Below are positions 19,515 through 29,500 of a stretch of 64,000 bases of DNA, piece by piece. The first letter of the stretch is position 1; every line of letters starts with the position of its first letter. The DNA is from Verrucomicrobiota bacterium (lineage in GTDB: Bacteria; Verrucomicrobiota; Verrucomicrobiia; Opitutales; Opitutaceae): positions 3,791 through 67,790 of the forward strand of contig JAEYYL010000003.1 of the NCBI GenBank assembly GCA_023430825.1, given 5' to 3'. The notes under the pieces are model-generated. The model worked only from the letters and a program-made list of their open reading frames with translations, made no database searches and was not told the origin of the DNA. The translations under genes were made by a program, and so were the position numbers.

Positions 19515-20462
19515 TCAACCGCGCTTCTTCTTGATCAGCTCCTCGAGCTTGATCACGTCGGCGGCGAACTGGCGGATGCCTTCGGAAAGTTTCTCCGTCG
19601 CCATCTGGTCCTCGTTCAGCTCCCAGCGGAATTTTTTCTCGTCGAGGCTCACGCGCTCCACCTGTTCGTTCGCCGCGGCAGCGGGATCGAGTTTGCGCGT
19701 GACGGTGTCGGTCGACGCGGCGAGTTCGCCGAGCAATTGCGGCGAGATGGTGAGCAGATCGCAGCCCGCGAGTTCGAGCACCTCACCTTTGCTGCGGAAG
19801 CTCGCGCCCATGACTTCCGTCTTGTAGCCGAATTTTTTGTAGTAGGTGTAAATCTGCGCGACGGATTTCACGCCCGGATCGTCGGCGGGCGCGTAGTCGC
19901 GGCCCGTGCTCTTTTTATACCAGTCGAGGATGCGTCCGACGAACGGCGAGATGAGCTGCACCTTCGCGTCGGCGCACGCGACTGCCTGGGCGAACGAGAA
20001 GAGGAGCGTGAGGTTGCAGTTGATTTTTTCGCGTTGGAGCTGTTCGGCGGCCTGGATGCCCTCCCAGGTGGAGGCGAGCTTGATGAGCACGCGTTCGCGC
20101 GGGATGCCGGCCTTCTCGTAAAGCGAGATGATCTCGTGCGCCTTCGCGATGCTGCCGTCGCGGTCGAACGAGAGCCGCGCGTCGACTTCGGTCGAGACGC
20201 GGCCCGGCACGATCTTGAGGATCTCGCGGCCGAACAACACGAGCAACAGATCGATCACCGTGCCGACGGATGCACTCGAGCCGGCGTCCTTGACCGCTTG
20301 ATCGACCAAATGGCCGTAGGCGGACATGCCGGCGGCCTTGAGGATCAGGCTCGGGTTGGTCGTCGCGTCCTGCGGCTTGAATTCCTTGATGGTGGAGAAA
20401 TCGCCGGTGTCGGCGACGACCTTGGTGAACTGTTTCAGTTGCTCGAGTTGGGTGATGGGCAT
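19515..20462 (-). CDS. tal: transaldolase
   Basis: [22 protein letters not shown]...[10 protein letters not shown]...[13 protein letters not shown]. Internal ATG at 20462 avoids overlap with cca and gives a typical length. Confidence 0.9.
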   Translation of the reverse strand: MPITQLEQLKQFTKVVADTGDFSTIKEFKPQDATTNPSLILKAAGMSAYGHLVDQAVKDAGSSASVGTVIDLLLVLFGREILKIVPGRVSTEVDARLSFDRDGSIAKAHEIISLYEKAGIPRERVLIKLASTWEGIQAAEQLQREKINCNLTLLFSFAQAVACADAKVQLISPFVGRILDWYKKSTGRDYAPADDPGVKSVAQIYTYYKKFGYKTEVMGASFRSKGEVLELAGCDLLTISPQLLGELAASTDTVTRKLDPAAAANEQVERVSLDEKKFRWELNEDQMATEKLSEGIRQFAADVIKLEELIKKKRG

Positions 20463-20478
20463 GGTGGGAAAAGTATCG

Positions 20479-21894
20479 TCACCGTAAATCGCCTGAAGTG
20501 CGTTGCAAATGCGACCGCAACCATTCGAGACCGCCGGCTTCGTCGGCGAATACGCCGTCGAGCTGGGCTTCGAAAGCGGCATCGAGCACGGGCTTGAATT
20601 TGGGACCGGGTTGGTGGCCGAGGGCGACGAGGTGGCGGCCTTGAATCAGCGGACGCGGCGCGGCGTGTTCGAGAGCGAGTTCCGCGGCCTTGGCCCGCAG
20701 CTCCGCGATCAGCTCGAGCGTGCGCGGCGATTGCAGAGGCGGGCGGCCGAAGGAGTCGGCGATCATCACCAGCGCGAGATCGTCGATCGTCGCGGGTGCG
20801 AGCTTGCGCGCGAGCCGGCGCACCTGCGAATCGGTGTAGTGTTCGCCGCTGTTGTGATGATGCACCAGGTGATGGACCACGAGTTGGCAGACGGGCGAGT
20901 CGAGTTCGAGTGGTGCGCCGATCCGCCGGAGAAACGTCTGCGATGGCGGCCCACCGGCCGACTCATGGCCGGGGCTGAGCCAGCGCATCGCGCCGCGTTT
21001 CTCGCCGCGCACGGTCGTCGCGGGTTTGCCGAAATCGTGCGCAAGCACCGCGAGCATCAACAGGCGCCGGCGCGGCGCGGCGCTCGTCCGCCATTCGTCG
21101 AGTCGCGCGAGCGCATCGACGCAATGCTGCGTGTGCGTGAACACGTCGCCTTCCGGATGCCACTCCGGTTCCTGCGGCGTGCCGCGCAGCACGGCGATTT
21201 CCGGGAAATGGCGCAGCCAACCGGTCGCTTCGAGCACGGCGAGCCCGCGCGAGGGCGTCTGCGCTTTCGTGGCCCATTTTTCCCATTCGCCCCAGACGCG
21301 TTCCACCGGCAACTCGGTAAACGTGTCCGCGATGCTGCGCGCGAGTGCGGCCGTTTCGGGGGCGAGCGTGAGATCGAAACGCGCGGCGAGTTGAAACGCG
21401 CGCAGCACCCGCAGCGGATCTTCGACGAAGGCGGCGCTGGTGTGGCGCAGCACGCGCGCTTCGAGATCGCGGCGGCCGCCGTGCGGATCGACGATCTCGC
21501 CGGTGAACGGGTCTTGCGCGATCGCGTTGATGGTGAAATCGCGGCGGGCGGCCGCATCGGCGTCGCTGAGCGTCGGGTCCGGCGCGACGGCGAACCCGCG
21601 GTGGCCGGCGCCGGTTTTCGATTCGCGGCGCGGCAGGCTGAAATCGTATTCGGCGCCGCTGGCCGCGCTGCGGACCTTGATCACGCCGAAGCTGCGACCG
21701 ACGACATCGGTGGCGCCAAATGGCGCGAGCGCGCGATGCAGCGATTCGAAATCCGCGCCGGCGACCTCGACATCGAAATCCTTCGGTTCGAAGCCGAGCA
21801 ATTGGTCGCGCACACCGCCGCCCACGAGCCGCGGTCGTCCGATGCGCCGGACGGCTTCGAGCATCGCGCGGAGGTCGGCGGGCAGCGAAGTCAC
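20479..21894 (-). CDS. cca: CCA-adding tRNA nucleotidyltransferase / poly(A) polymerase family with HD domain
   Basis: [10 protein letters not shown]...DFDVEV nucleotidyltransferase motif and HD (LAHDFGK). GTG start at 21894 overlaps the upstream stop as GTGA. The Arg-rich 5' extension of the track ORF is rejected. Confidence 0.8.
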   Translation of the reverse strand: MTSLPADLRAMLEAVRRIGRPRLVGGGVRDQLLGFEPKDFDVEVAGADFESLHRALAPFGATDVVGRSFGVIKVRSAASGAEYDFSLPRRESKTGAGHRGFAVAPDPTLSDADAAARRDFTINAIAQDPFTGEIVDPHGGRRDLEARVLRHTSAAFVEDPLRVLRAFQLAARFDLTLAPETAALARSIADTFTELPVERVWGEWEKWATKAQTPSRGLAVLEATGWLRHFPEIAVLRGTPQEPEWHPEGDVFTHTQHCVDALARLDEWRTSAAPRRRLLMLAVLAHDFGKPATTVRGEKRGAMRWLSPGHESAGGPPSQTFLRRIGAPLELDSPVCQLVVHHLVHHHNSGEHYTDSQVRRLARKLAPATIDDLALVMIADSFGRPPLQSPRTLELIAELRAKAAELALEHAAPRPLIQGRHLVALGHQPGPKFKPVLDAAFEAQLDGVFADEAGGLEWLRSHLQRTSGDLR

Positions 21895-22325
21895 GGCTGC
21901 GAAGATTTTTTCACCGCTGCGACGATCAGCAGGACCCAACCGGCGATCAACGCGACGCCGCCGAGAGGAGTTACCGGCCCGAGCCAGCGTGGCCCGCCGA
22001 GGGCGAGGGCGTAGATCGAGCCAGAAAAAATGAGTGTGCCTGCGATCCAGCAACGCGCGGCCCAGCGAAGGTGGCCGCGTGTGGCGATGGACGGCGGTTT
22101 GAGCCATGCGGCCAGTGCGACGAGGGCGACGGCGTGCAGCAAATGGTATTGCACCGCGGTCGCCCAGGCTTGGGTGGCGCCGCGTTCGGCGAGCAGTGCG
22201 CGCAGTCCGTGCGCGCCGAATGCGCCGAGTGCCACGCCGGTCGCGCCGAGGAGGCCGGCGGCCAGCAGAATCGTTGCGGGAACTGCGCGGGCATCCTGGA
22301 CTTCGGTGGGCGGCGGAAGAGTCAT
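21891..22325 (-). CDS. DUF423 (YgdD-like) small membrane protein
   Basis: Four hydrophobic helices with GAFGAHGL and H..HA motifs. Start taken at the ATG at 22325. Confidence 0.75.
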   Translation of the reverse strand: MTLPPPTEVQDARAVPATILLAAGLLGATGVALGAFGAHGLRALLAERGATQAWATAVQYHLLHAVALVALAAWLKPPSIATRGHLRWAARCWIAGTLIFSGSIYALALGGPRWLGPVTPLGGVALIAGWVLLIVAAVKKSSQP

Positions 22326-22485
22326 CCGGGCAGGCTTGCAGAGGTGGGTCGCGAAACAAGCTCGCGCTGGGTGGAACGACCGTTCCAAGCGCCAAACGCT
22401 GGCGGGCCGGGCGTCGCTGCCGCGGTTTGACGACCGCGTTGGGAGGAAGAATTCGCGCGCAGCGGCTTTCCTCTGAAAACAGGGG

Positions 22486-22513
22486 TTGACAGCATTCCGC
22501 GAAGCCCTAGCTG
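22486..22513 (+). promoter_or_regulatory. possible sigma-70-like promoter of rplM-rpsI
   Basis: TTGACA at 22486-22491, a 16-nt spacer, then TAGCTG at 22508-22513. The -10 element is weak. Confidence 0.3.
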
Positions 22514-22528
22514 TTGGCCTCTTTTCCC

Positions 22529-22957
22529 ATGAAAACCTTCCTCGCCAAAAAGGAGACGGTGCAACCGAAGTGGTATCTCATCGATGCCGCGGGCGTTCCG
22601 CTCGGTCGTCTCGCTGTGAAAGCCGCCAACATGATCCGCGGCCGGCACAAGGCGTCTTACACCCCGAGCGTCGACAACGGCGATTTCGTCGTCGTGATCA
22701 ATGCCGAGAAGGTGGTCCTCACCGGCAAGAAGGAAGAGCAGAACGAGTATATGTTCTTCTCGGGTTTCGTGGGCGGCGAGAGCTACCGCAACATGAAGCA
22801 GATGCGGGAGAAGAATCCGGCTTTCATCATCGAGCATGCCGTCAAGGGAATGCTGCCGAAGAACCGGATCGCCGCGACGATGTTGAAGAAGCTGCGGGTG
22901 TTTGCCGGCGAGCAGCACACGCACGAAGCGAACAGCCCGACCAAAATTTCCGTCTGA
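22529..22957 (+). CDS. rplM: 50S ribosomal protein L13
   Basis: MKTFLAKKETVQPKWYLIDA...GRLA...IRGKHK-type sequence. Confidence 0.95.
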   Translation: MKTFLAKKETVQPKWYLIDAAGVPLGRLAVKAANMIRGRHKASYTPSVDNGDFVVVINAEKVVLTGKKEEQNEYMFFSGFVGGESYRNMKQMREKNPAFIIEHAVKGMLPKNRIAATMLKKLRVFAGEQHTHEANSPTKISV

Positions 22958-22967
22958 TTAGAAGTCC

Positions 22968-23369
22968 ATGAGCACTGTCGCCACCAACGTTTTCCTCGGC
23001 ACCGGTCGTCGCAAGACCTCCACCGCCCGCGTTCGCATCACTGAAGGCAGCGGCAAGCTGCTCTGCAACGGTCGCGAATTCGAGAATTACTTCTCGCACG
23101 AGAATTTCGCCAAGCAGGCCTATGCGCCGCTCCTCACGGTCGAGTTGAAGGACAAGATCGACGTGACGGTGAACGTCTCGGGTGGCGGCGTCGCTGGCCA
23201 GGCCGGTGCGGTGGCCCACGGCATCGCGCGCGCGCTCCAGAAGATGAACGGCGAGCTCCGTCCGGCGCTCAAGAAGGCCGGCCACATCAAGCGCGATCCC
23301 CGCGCGAAGGAACGCAAAAAGCCCGGCCAGCCCGGCGCGCGCAAGCGGTTCCAGTTCTCGAAGCGCTAA
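22968..23369 (+). CDS. rpsI: 30S ribosomal protein S9
   Basis: [12 protein letters not shown]... and the C-terminal ...[17 protein letters not shown]. Confidence 0.95.
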   Translation: MSTVATNVFLGTGRRKTSTARVRITEGSGKLLCNGREFENYFSHENFAKQAYAPLLTVELKDKIDVTVNVSGGGVAGQAGAVAHGIARALQKMNGELRPALKKAGHIKRDPRAKERKKPGQPGARKRFQFSKR

Positions 23370-23393
23370 GCTTCGGCGAACCTCGTTACTTTC

Positions 23394-23426
23394 AGCCGCC
23401 CGCGCCTCGTGCCGGGCGGCTTTTTT
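23394..23426 (+). terminator. Rho-independent terminator after rpsI
   Basis: Stem gccgcccg / cgggcggc with a 10-nt loop, followed by TTTTTTT. Confidence 0.8.
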
Positions 23427-23536
23427 TGTTCTTTCGCGCGAGCGACACACGTCGGCCGCGCTTTGGCGCGCCATTGATTCGCGGCGGTGCGAAAACCGCC
23501 TCGATTAACGTTCCCGCAACTCCCAAGTTTCCTCCC

Positions 23537-24562
23537 ATGAAAGTCGGCATCGTTGGTGCGTCCGGTTATTCCGGCGAAGTTCTGGTCAAGTTGCTGCTCG
23601 GTCATCCGAACGTGACGCTCTCGGTCGTCACCTCGCGTTCGAATGCCGGCAAGCCGCTCGCATCGGTCATTCCCTCCGTGCGCGGCGCCGACCGGGGGCT
23701 CACGTTCACCGACTCCGATCCGGCGGCGCTCGCGGCGGGCGACATCGACCTGTTTTTCCTCGCGCTGCCGCACGGCGCCGCGGCGACCTATGCGAAAGCG
23801 CTCGTGCCTGCGGGCAAACGCGTGATCGATCTTAGCGCGGACTTCCGGATCGCGGATCTCGCAACCTACCAGAAATACTACGGCGAACACCACGCGCCGG
23901 AGCTGCTGGCGGGAGCGCGTTTCGTTTTGCCGGAACTGACGCCGCCGGCGTGGAAAACCGAGGCGAAACTGATCGCGGCGCCGGGCTGCTATCCGACGAG
24001 CATTCTCGTGCCGCTGGTGCCGTTGCTAAAGGCGGGCGTCGTTTCGCGCGAGCACATCGTGGTCAATTCCTACAGCGGCGTGAGCGGGGCCGGAAAAAAA
24101 GTCGACGAGATGTATCTGTTCGTCGAACGCGCCGAGAGCATCAAGGCCTACGGGCTCGTCAAACACCGGCATCTGGCGGAAGTGGAGGAGCAGCTCGCGG
24201 TCCACACGGGCGCGAAGACAATCCTCCAGTTCAACCCCCACCTCGCGCCGATGCGGCGCGGCATCGCGACGACGATCACCGTGCCGGCGGCGGCGGGCGC
24301 GACGATCGAGACGCTCTACGCGGCGTGGCGCGGCGTGTATGCGAACCGGCCGTTTGTCCAAGTTCTGCCGAGCGGCGAAACCCCCGACACCGCGCACACC
24401 GTGGGCACGAACCGCGTGGACATGTCGGCCGTGCACGATCCGCGCACGAACAATTTCGTGATCACCGCCGTCGAGGATAATCTCGTGAAAGGCGCGAGCG
24501 GCCAGGCGGTGCAGATCATGAATCTCTGGTGCGGCTACGAGGAAACAGCGGGATTGATCTGA
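23537..24562 (+). CDS. argC: N-acetyl-gamma-glutamyl-phosphate reductase
   Basis: MKVGIVGASGYSGEVL N-terminus. Active-site PGCYPTS. Confidence 0.9.
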   Translation: MKVGIVGASGYSGEVLVKLLLGHPNVTLSVVTSRSNAGKPLASVIPSVRGADRGLTFTDSDPAALAAGDIDLFFLALPHGAAATYAKALVPAGKRVIDLSADFRIADLATYQKYYGEHHAPELLAGARFVLPELTPPAWKTEAKLIAAPGCYPTSILVPLVPLLKAGVVSREHIVVNSYSGVSGAGKKVDEMYLFVERAESIKAYGLVKHRHLAEVEEQLAVHTGAKTILQFNPHLAPMRRGIATTITVPAAAGATIETLYAAWRGVYANRPFVQVLPSGETPDTAHTVGTNRVDMSAVHDPRTNNFVITAVEDNLVKGASGQAVQIMNLWCGYEETAGLI

Positions 24563-24615
24563 AGGCGGCGCGACGCGGCGGGGCGGGCGTCACCGCGCGC
24601 CCCTGCGTGCGGCGG

Positions 24616-26265
24616 CTATTCGAGACCGGCGACCGGGAAGTCGGCGGGGTGTTCGACGCTGAATTTCAACGGGAGCTCGCGCTTTTCGCCCGGTTTCAAT
24701 TCGAGCGTCCATTTGAGCGTGCCGCCCGCATCCGGTTTCATGTGGCGTTCGTCGGGGGCGAGTTGCTTCACGACGATCCGTTCGTGGCGTGAGACCGGGA
24801 GCTGATCGTGCACGACGACGGTTTCGACCGTGGGCTTGTTGTTCTGGACGCTGATCGTGACGTCGTAGGTGATGCGCTTGCTCTTCGTGACCAGGCCTGT
24901 GTCCTCGGTGAAGCGCTGGTTGAGCTTGCGTGTCACGGCGATGGCTTCGTCGGCGCCGAGGGCGAGATCGAATTTTTCACCGGGCATGACGGTGCGGAGT
25001 GAGCTGGTGGCGACGAAGGTGTCGTCGAGAAACACGTTCATCGCGCCGGCGAGCAGCGGAAAGTCGGAGGCGTGGGTCACCGCCGCGGAGAGAAAAGCAC
25101 CGGGGAGCAGTTTCGGCGTGCTGCGGTAGCTGAGTGCGGCCGGTAATCGAAGGGTGGTCACACTCACCTTGTGCGGGGTGTTGTTCGAGGGGATGTCGGT
25201 TTTCGTCGCGATCCGGAAAGTGGCGGAGGTGGCCTGGGCTTCGAGCGTGGCGACGGCGGTGGCCATGTCGCGCGGAGGGGCTCGTTCGGCGGCGAGGGCA
25301 GCGGCTGCGGGCTGCGGCCGGACATTTTTGTTCCGCGTGATCTCGAAGGCCGACAGCACGATCGTTTCCTCGGGCGCCGGTTGGTCTTGCTGCACGATCC
25401 ACGGCGAAAGCTCCGGCGCGGCGCCGCCGAGCGAGGGGCGGGCGGTGGAGAGCGTGAGATCGATGTCGTCCCAGTCCTCGCCGGTGTTCTGGCGCACGAC
25501 GCCGAAGTAGCCGAGTTGCACGGCGCGTTCGCCGCTGAGCACGCGGGCATCGTAACTCGGCGACCAACTCGCGGCCGGCACGGTGTAGCGGAGCGTCAAC
25601 GCAAGTTCGCCGGGGCTCGCGGCGGCGAGGCGGACGGTCACCGTCTTGTAGCTTCGGCCGGCTGCGCCGCGTAGTTCCGCGAGCTGTTGTTCGAGTGCGG
25701 TGCGTTTGGCCTGCAGAGCTTCGCGCTGCTCGTCGAGCGTGCGCGTTTCGCTCGCGATCTGGCCGAACTGCTCCTCGGTGAAAGCGAGCAGCTTCAGCCA
25801 GACGTCGGGCGGGGTGAGGGCACCGGCGGCGTCCTTGGCCGGAGTCGTCGTGGAATTCTGGATGCGTTGCAGGTAGTCGCGCTGTTGTTGTAGGACGCCG
25901 GTGCGATCGTTCAGCGCCCGTTCTTCGCGACGGACGGTGCGGAGTTCGTCTTCGAGGGATTTTACGCGCTCGTTGGGGGTGAAGTCGACGAACGTGTCGC
26001 GGGCCGCCACATCGAGCAGCGTGGTATCGGCCGAGCCCTGCCCGGCGACCTGCAACGATTCGGCGAGGAGCAGGGAGGGAAGGCGGTCGAACGTGACCTC
26101 GACCTGACCGGGAGCGTCGATCGCGACGGTGGCGGCGCGGGTGACGACGGCGCGGTCGGCGTAAACGGTGACGGCGGTGATGCGCGAATCGGCGGGGAGC
26201 GATGCGGCGGCGGCAGTGACGGCGGAAAAAAGCAGGGCGAGACAAAGCCGGAAAGGAGAGTTCAT
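24616..26265 (-). CDS. DUF4140/DUF4139-family (mucoidy-inhibitor MuiA-like) secreted protein
   Basis: Signal peptide from the ATG at 26265. N-terminal VTVYADRAVVTR...FDRLPSLLLAESLQV pattern, a coiled-coil middle and a beta-rich C-terminus. Confidence 0.65.
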   Translation of the reverse strand: MNSPFRLCLALLFSAVTAAAASLPADSRITAVTVYADRAVVTRAATVAIDAPGQVEVTFDRLPSLLLAESLQVAGQGSADTTLLDVAARDTFVDFTPNERVKSLEDELRTVRREERALNDRTGVLQQQRDYLQRIQNSTTTPAKDAAGALTPPDVWLKLLAFTEEQFGQIASETRTLDEQREALQAKRTALEQQLAELRGAAGRSYKTVTVRLAAASPGELALTLRYTVPAASWSPSYDARVLSGERAVQLGYFGVVRQNTGEDWDDIDLTLSTARPSLGGAAPELSPWIVQQDQPAPEETIVLSAFEITRNKNVRPQPAAAALAAERAPPRDMATAVATLEAQATSATFRIATKTDIPSNNTPHKVSVTTLRLPAALSYRSTPKLLPGAFLSAAVTHASDFPLLAGAMNVFLDDTFVATSSLRTVMPGEKFDLALGADEAIAVTRKLNQRFTEDTGLVTKSKRITYDVTISVQNNKPTVETVVVHDQLPVSRHERIVVKQLAPDERHMKPDAGGTLKWTLELKPGEKRELPLKFSVEHPADFPVAGLE

Positions 26266-26573
26266 GGCAGGAGGAAGAGAGACTGCATAAAACGTCCAAC
26301 GGTCCAACGGCGGAAATCTTAGGCGCGCCAGGAGGGTGGTCCGCCAGGTTCCGTGGGAGCGCGATTTTCCCGGAACTTCGCGAATCGGCGTGGACACTAA
26401 CTCCGCCCGTGACGTGCCCCCTTCCTGAAATTCGGCCAGCGCGCAGGCAGAGGCTTGCCACAAGCCGAGCAGGAGGCTTGTCATGAACCCCCTTTTCACG
26501 GAGAAACGCTGAAATTTTGCCGTCGGCGGACCTCTTTCCGTTGCCCGGACCTCTTCACCCTCAGAACCCTGTC

Positions 26574-29500
26574 ATGTTCATTGTTCCTGCTTTCCGCTTC
26601 GTGCTGCGCTTGATCGGCGTCGCCCTCGTCGCCTCCCTCACGCCGGCTCTCCTGGCCCAAAGCAGTTCCGCCGCGATCGACGGCTTCGATCCCAATGTGG
26701 ACGGCAACGTTTACGCGCTCGTGGTGCAGCCCGATGGGAAGGTCGTCATCGCCGGTAACTTCACGAGTGTGCGCCCGAACGGCCTCGGCACGGGCGTCGC
26801 CCGCACCAACATCGCTCGCCTGCTGCCCAACGGCCACAACGACGACAGCTTCTCGGCGACGGTCGGCGGCCAGATCAACGCCATCTCGCGCCAGGCCGAC
26901 GGGAAACTCGTGATCGGCGGCCGGTTCACCAGCGTGAACGGCGTGCCCCGCAACCGCGTGGCGCGGCTCAATGCCGACGGCTCGCTCGATGCCACGTTCG
27001 ACCCGAACGTCGGCGGCGGTTTCACTCCGGAGGTCAATGCGGTGCTCGTTCAACCCGATGGTCGCGTGCTGGTCGGCGGCGGGTTCACCACGGTGCAGCC
27101 GAACGGCGCGGCGACCGCGACGACGCGCAACCGCATCGCGCGCTTCCATGCCGACGGCTCGCTCGACACGGGTTTCAATCCCAACGCGAACAGTTTCGTG
27201 CTGTCGCTCGCGGTGCAGGCGGATGGCCGCATTCTCATCGGTGGCGGATTCACGTCCTTGCAGCCGAATGGCGCATCGGCCGCGACGGTCCGTCACCGCA
27301 TCGCGCGGCTGAATGTCGATGGCACGCTCGACGCGTCCTTCGATCCGAAGGCGAACAACGCGGTGACCGCGATCGAGCCCTTGCCCAACGGCCAGATTCT
27401 GATCGGCGGGTCTTTCACGACGCTGCATCCCAACGGGGCGGAGACGGCGGCGACGAGGGCCACCCGCATCGCGCGGCTGAACAGCGACGGCACGACCGAT
27501 GCCGATTTCAACGGCTATGCCGACGGCCAGGTTTACACGATGAAGGTGCAGGCCAACGGTCAGATTCTGGTGGGCGGTTCGTTTTCCGCGGCCGGCGATG
27601 GGTCTCGGGCGTATTTCGCGCGCCTGCAAGCGACCGGCACCATGGACTTCAGCTACAGTCCGGGGCCGAATTTCAACGTCTATGCGATCGGTCTCCAGTC
27701 CGACGGTTCGGCGGTGATCGGCGGCGGCTTCATCGCGCTGGCGACGCGCGGTGGCACGGCGATGGTGCGGAATCACGTCGCGCGGGTGTTGTCGACGGGG
27801 GTGCTCGATGCGAATTTCAATCCGGACGCCAATGGCCGGCTGCGCACGATGGCCACGCTGTCGGACGGACGGATTCTCGTCGTCGGTGCCTTCAACTCGA
27901 TCGGCGGCGTCACGCGTTACGGAATCGCGCGGCTCGAGGCGAACGGCGCGCTCGATCCCACCTTCAATGCGGATATCGACGGAGGACAGGTGTCGGTCAT
28001 CCTCGAACAGAGCGACAAGAAGATCCTGCTCGGCGGCGCGTTCACCCGGGTAAACGGCGCCGCGCGCACCAATTTCGCCCGCCTGAACGCGGACGGCACC
28101 CTGGACGGTGACTTCAATGTCGCTTTCGACAGCACCGTAAACGCGATCGTGCAGCGGGCCGACGGGAAGCTGCTGGTCGGCGGCGCCTTTTCGAGTCTGC
28201 TCGCTCACGGCGCCACCACCGCCACGGCTCGGTCCTATATCGCTTTGTTGGATACGAATGGCACCCACGACACCGGCTTCCTGCCGTCCACGGATGCGGC
28301 CGTCAGGGCCATTGCCCTACAGGGCGACGGCAAGATCATTCTCGGCGGCAGCTTCATGCGGGCGTCGGGGCATCAGGTGAACGCCATCTTCGACCGGATC
28401 GGCCTCGTGCGGCTCAACACCAACGGGACGATCGACGAAGGCTTCAATCCCGCGGTCATCACCGGTGGGTCCAGCGTCGGCAGCGTGTTTGCGATCGCCG
28501 TTCAGGCGGACAACAAGATCGTGGTCGGCGGCGATTTCGACGAAGTGCTGCCGAGTAACGGCACGACCCGCGCAGCCCGGGCGAATCTGGTGCGTTTCAA
28601 CAACGACGGCACGCTCGACACCGATTTCGATCCCAACCCGAACGACCAGGTTTTCTCCATCGCGCAACAGGCCGACGCCAAACTCCTGATCGGCGGGCGG
28701 TTCACCACGCTCCAGCCCGACAAGACCGGCGACGTGCATACGCGCAATTTCGTCGCGCGCCTGCAAGACAACGGAGATGTGGACGCGGCCTTCAACCTCG
28801 ACCTCGACGTCATCCCCGGCAACCAGGTCGTGAAAGTTCTGCCGACCAGCGGCGGCCAGGTTCTCGTCGGCGGCGCCTTCAGCACGCTCAACACGTCCAA
28901 CGCCGCGACGCTCGTGCGGCGCGACCGGCTCGTGCGGGTGAACAACGACGGCACGGTCGACTCGGCGTTCAACGCCGGACTCGCCTCGGCCACGGGCGCG
29001 CCGATTCAGGCGCTGTCGGTCCAGTCCGATGGCCGTCTGATCGCGGCGGGCAGCTTCACGGGTTTCGGCGGCACCGCGGCGACGAATCTCGCGCGTTTCA
29101 ATCTCGATAGCTCGCCGGACGTTTCCTTCACCCCCGCCGTCGACGGCCCCGTCTATGCGGTCGCCCAGCAGTTGACCAAGGGCGAATCCGTGCTCACCCC
29201 GCGCAGCGGTTTCGCGGTGCTCGAGAACAACGGTCTGCTGCGGCCGGGCTTCGCCGTTCCCGCCGACGTCGGGCTGCCCACCATCTACACCATCGTCGTC
29301 CAGTCGGACGGGAAGCTCCTGATCGGCGGCACCGGCTTCACGGTTCCGGGCGGCGGCACCAGCCTGGTGCGGCTGAATCGGGATGGCTCCCTCGACACCA
29401 CTTTCAAGCCGCAGACGAAGGGCGACGTTTATGTGATCGTGCCGCTCGCCGACGGCAAATTCCTCGTCGGCGGCGCGTTCAACAAGGTCGGCGATGTCGA

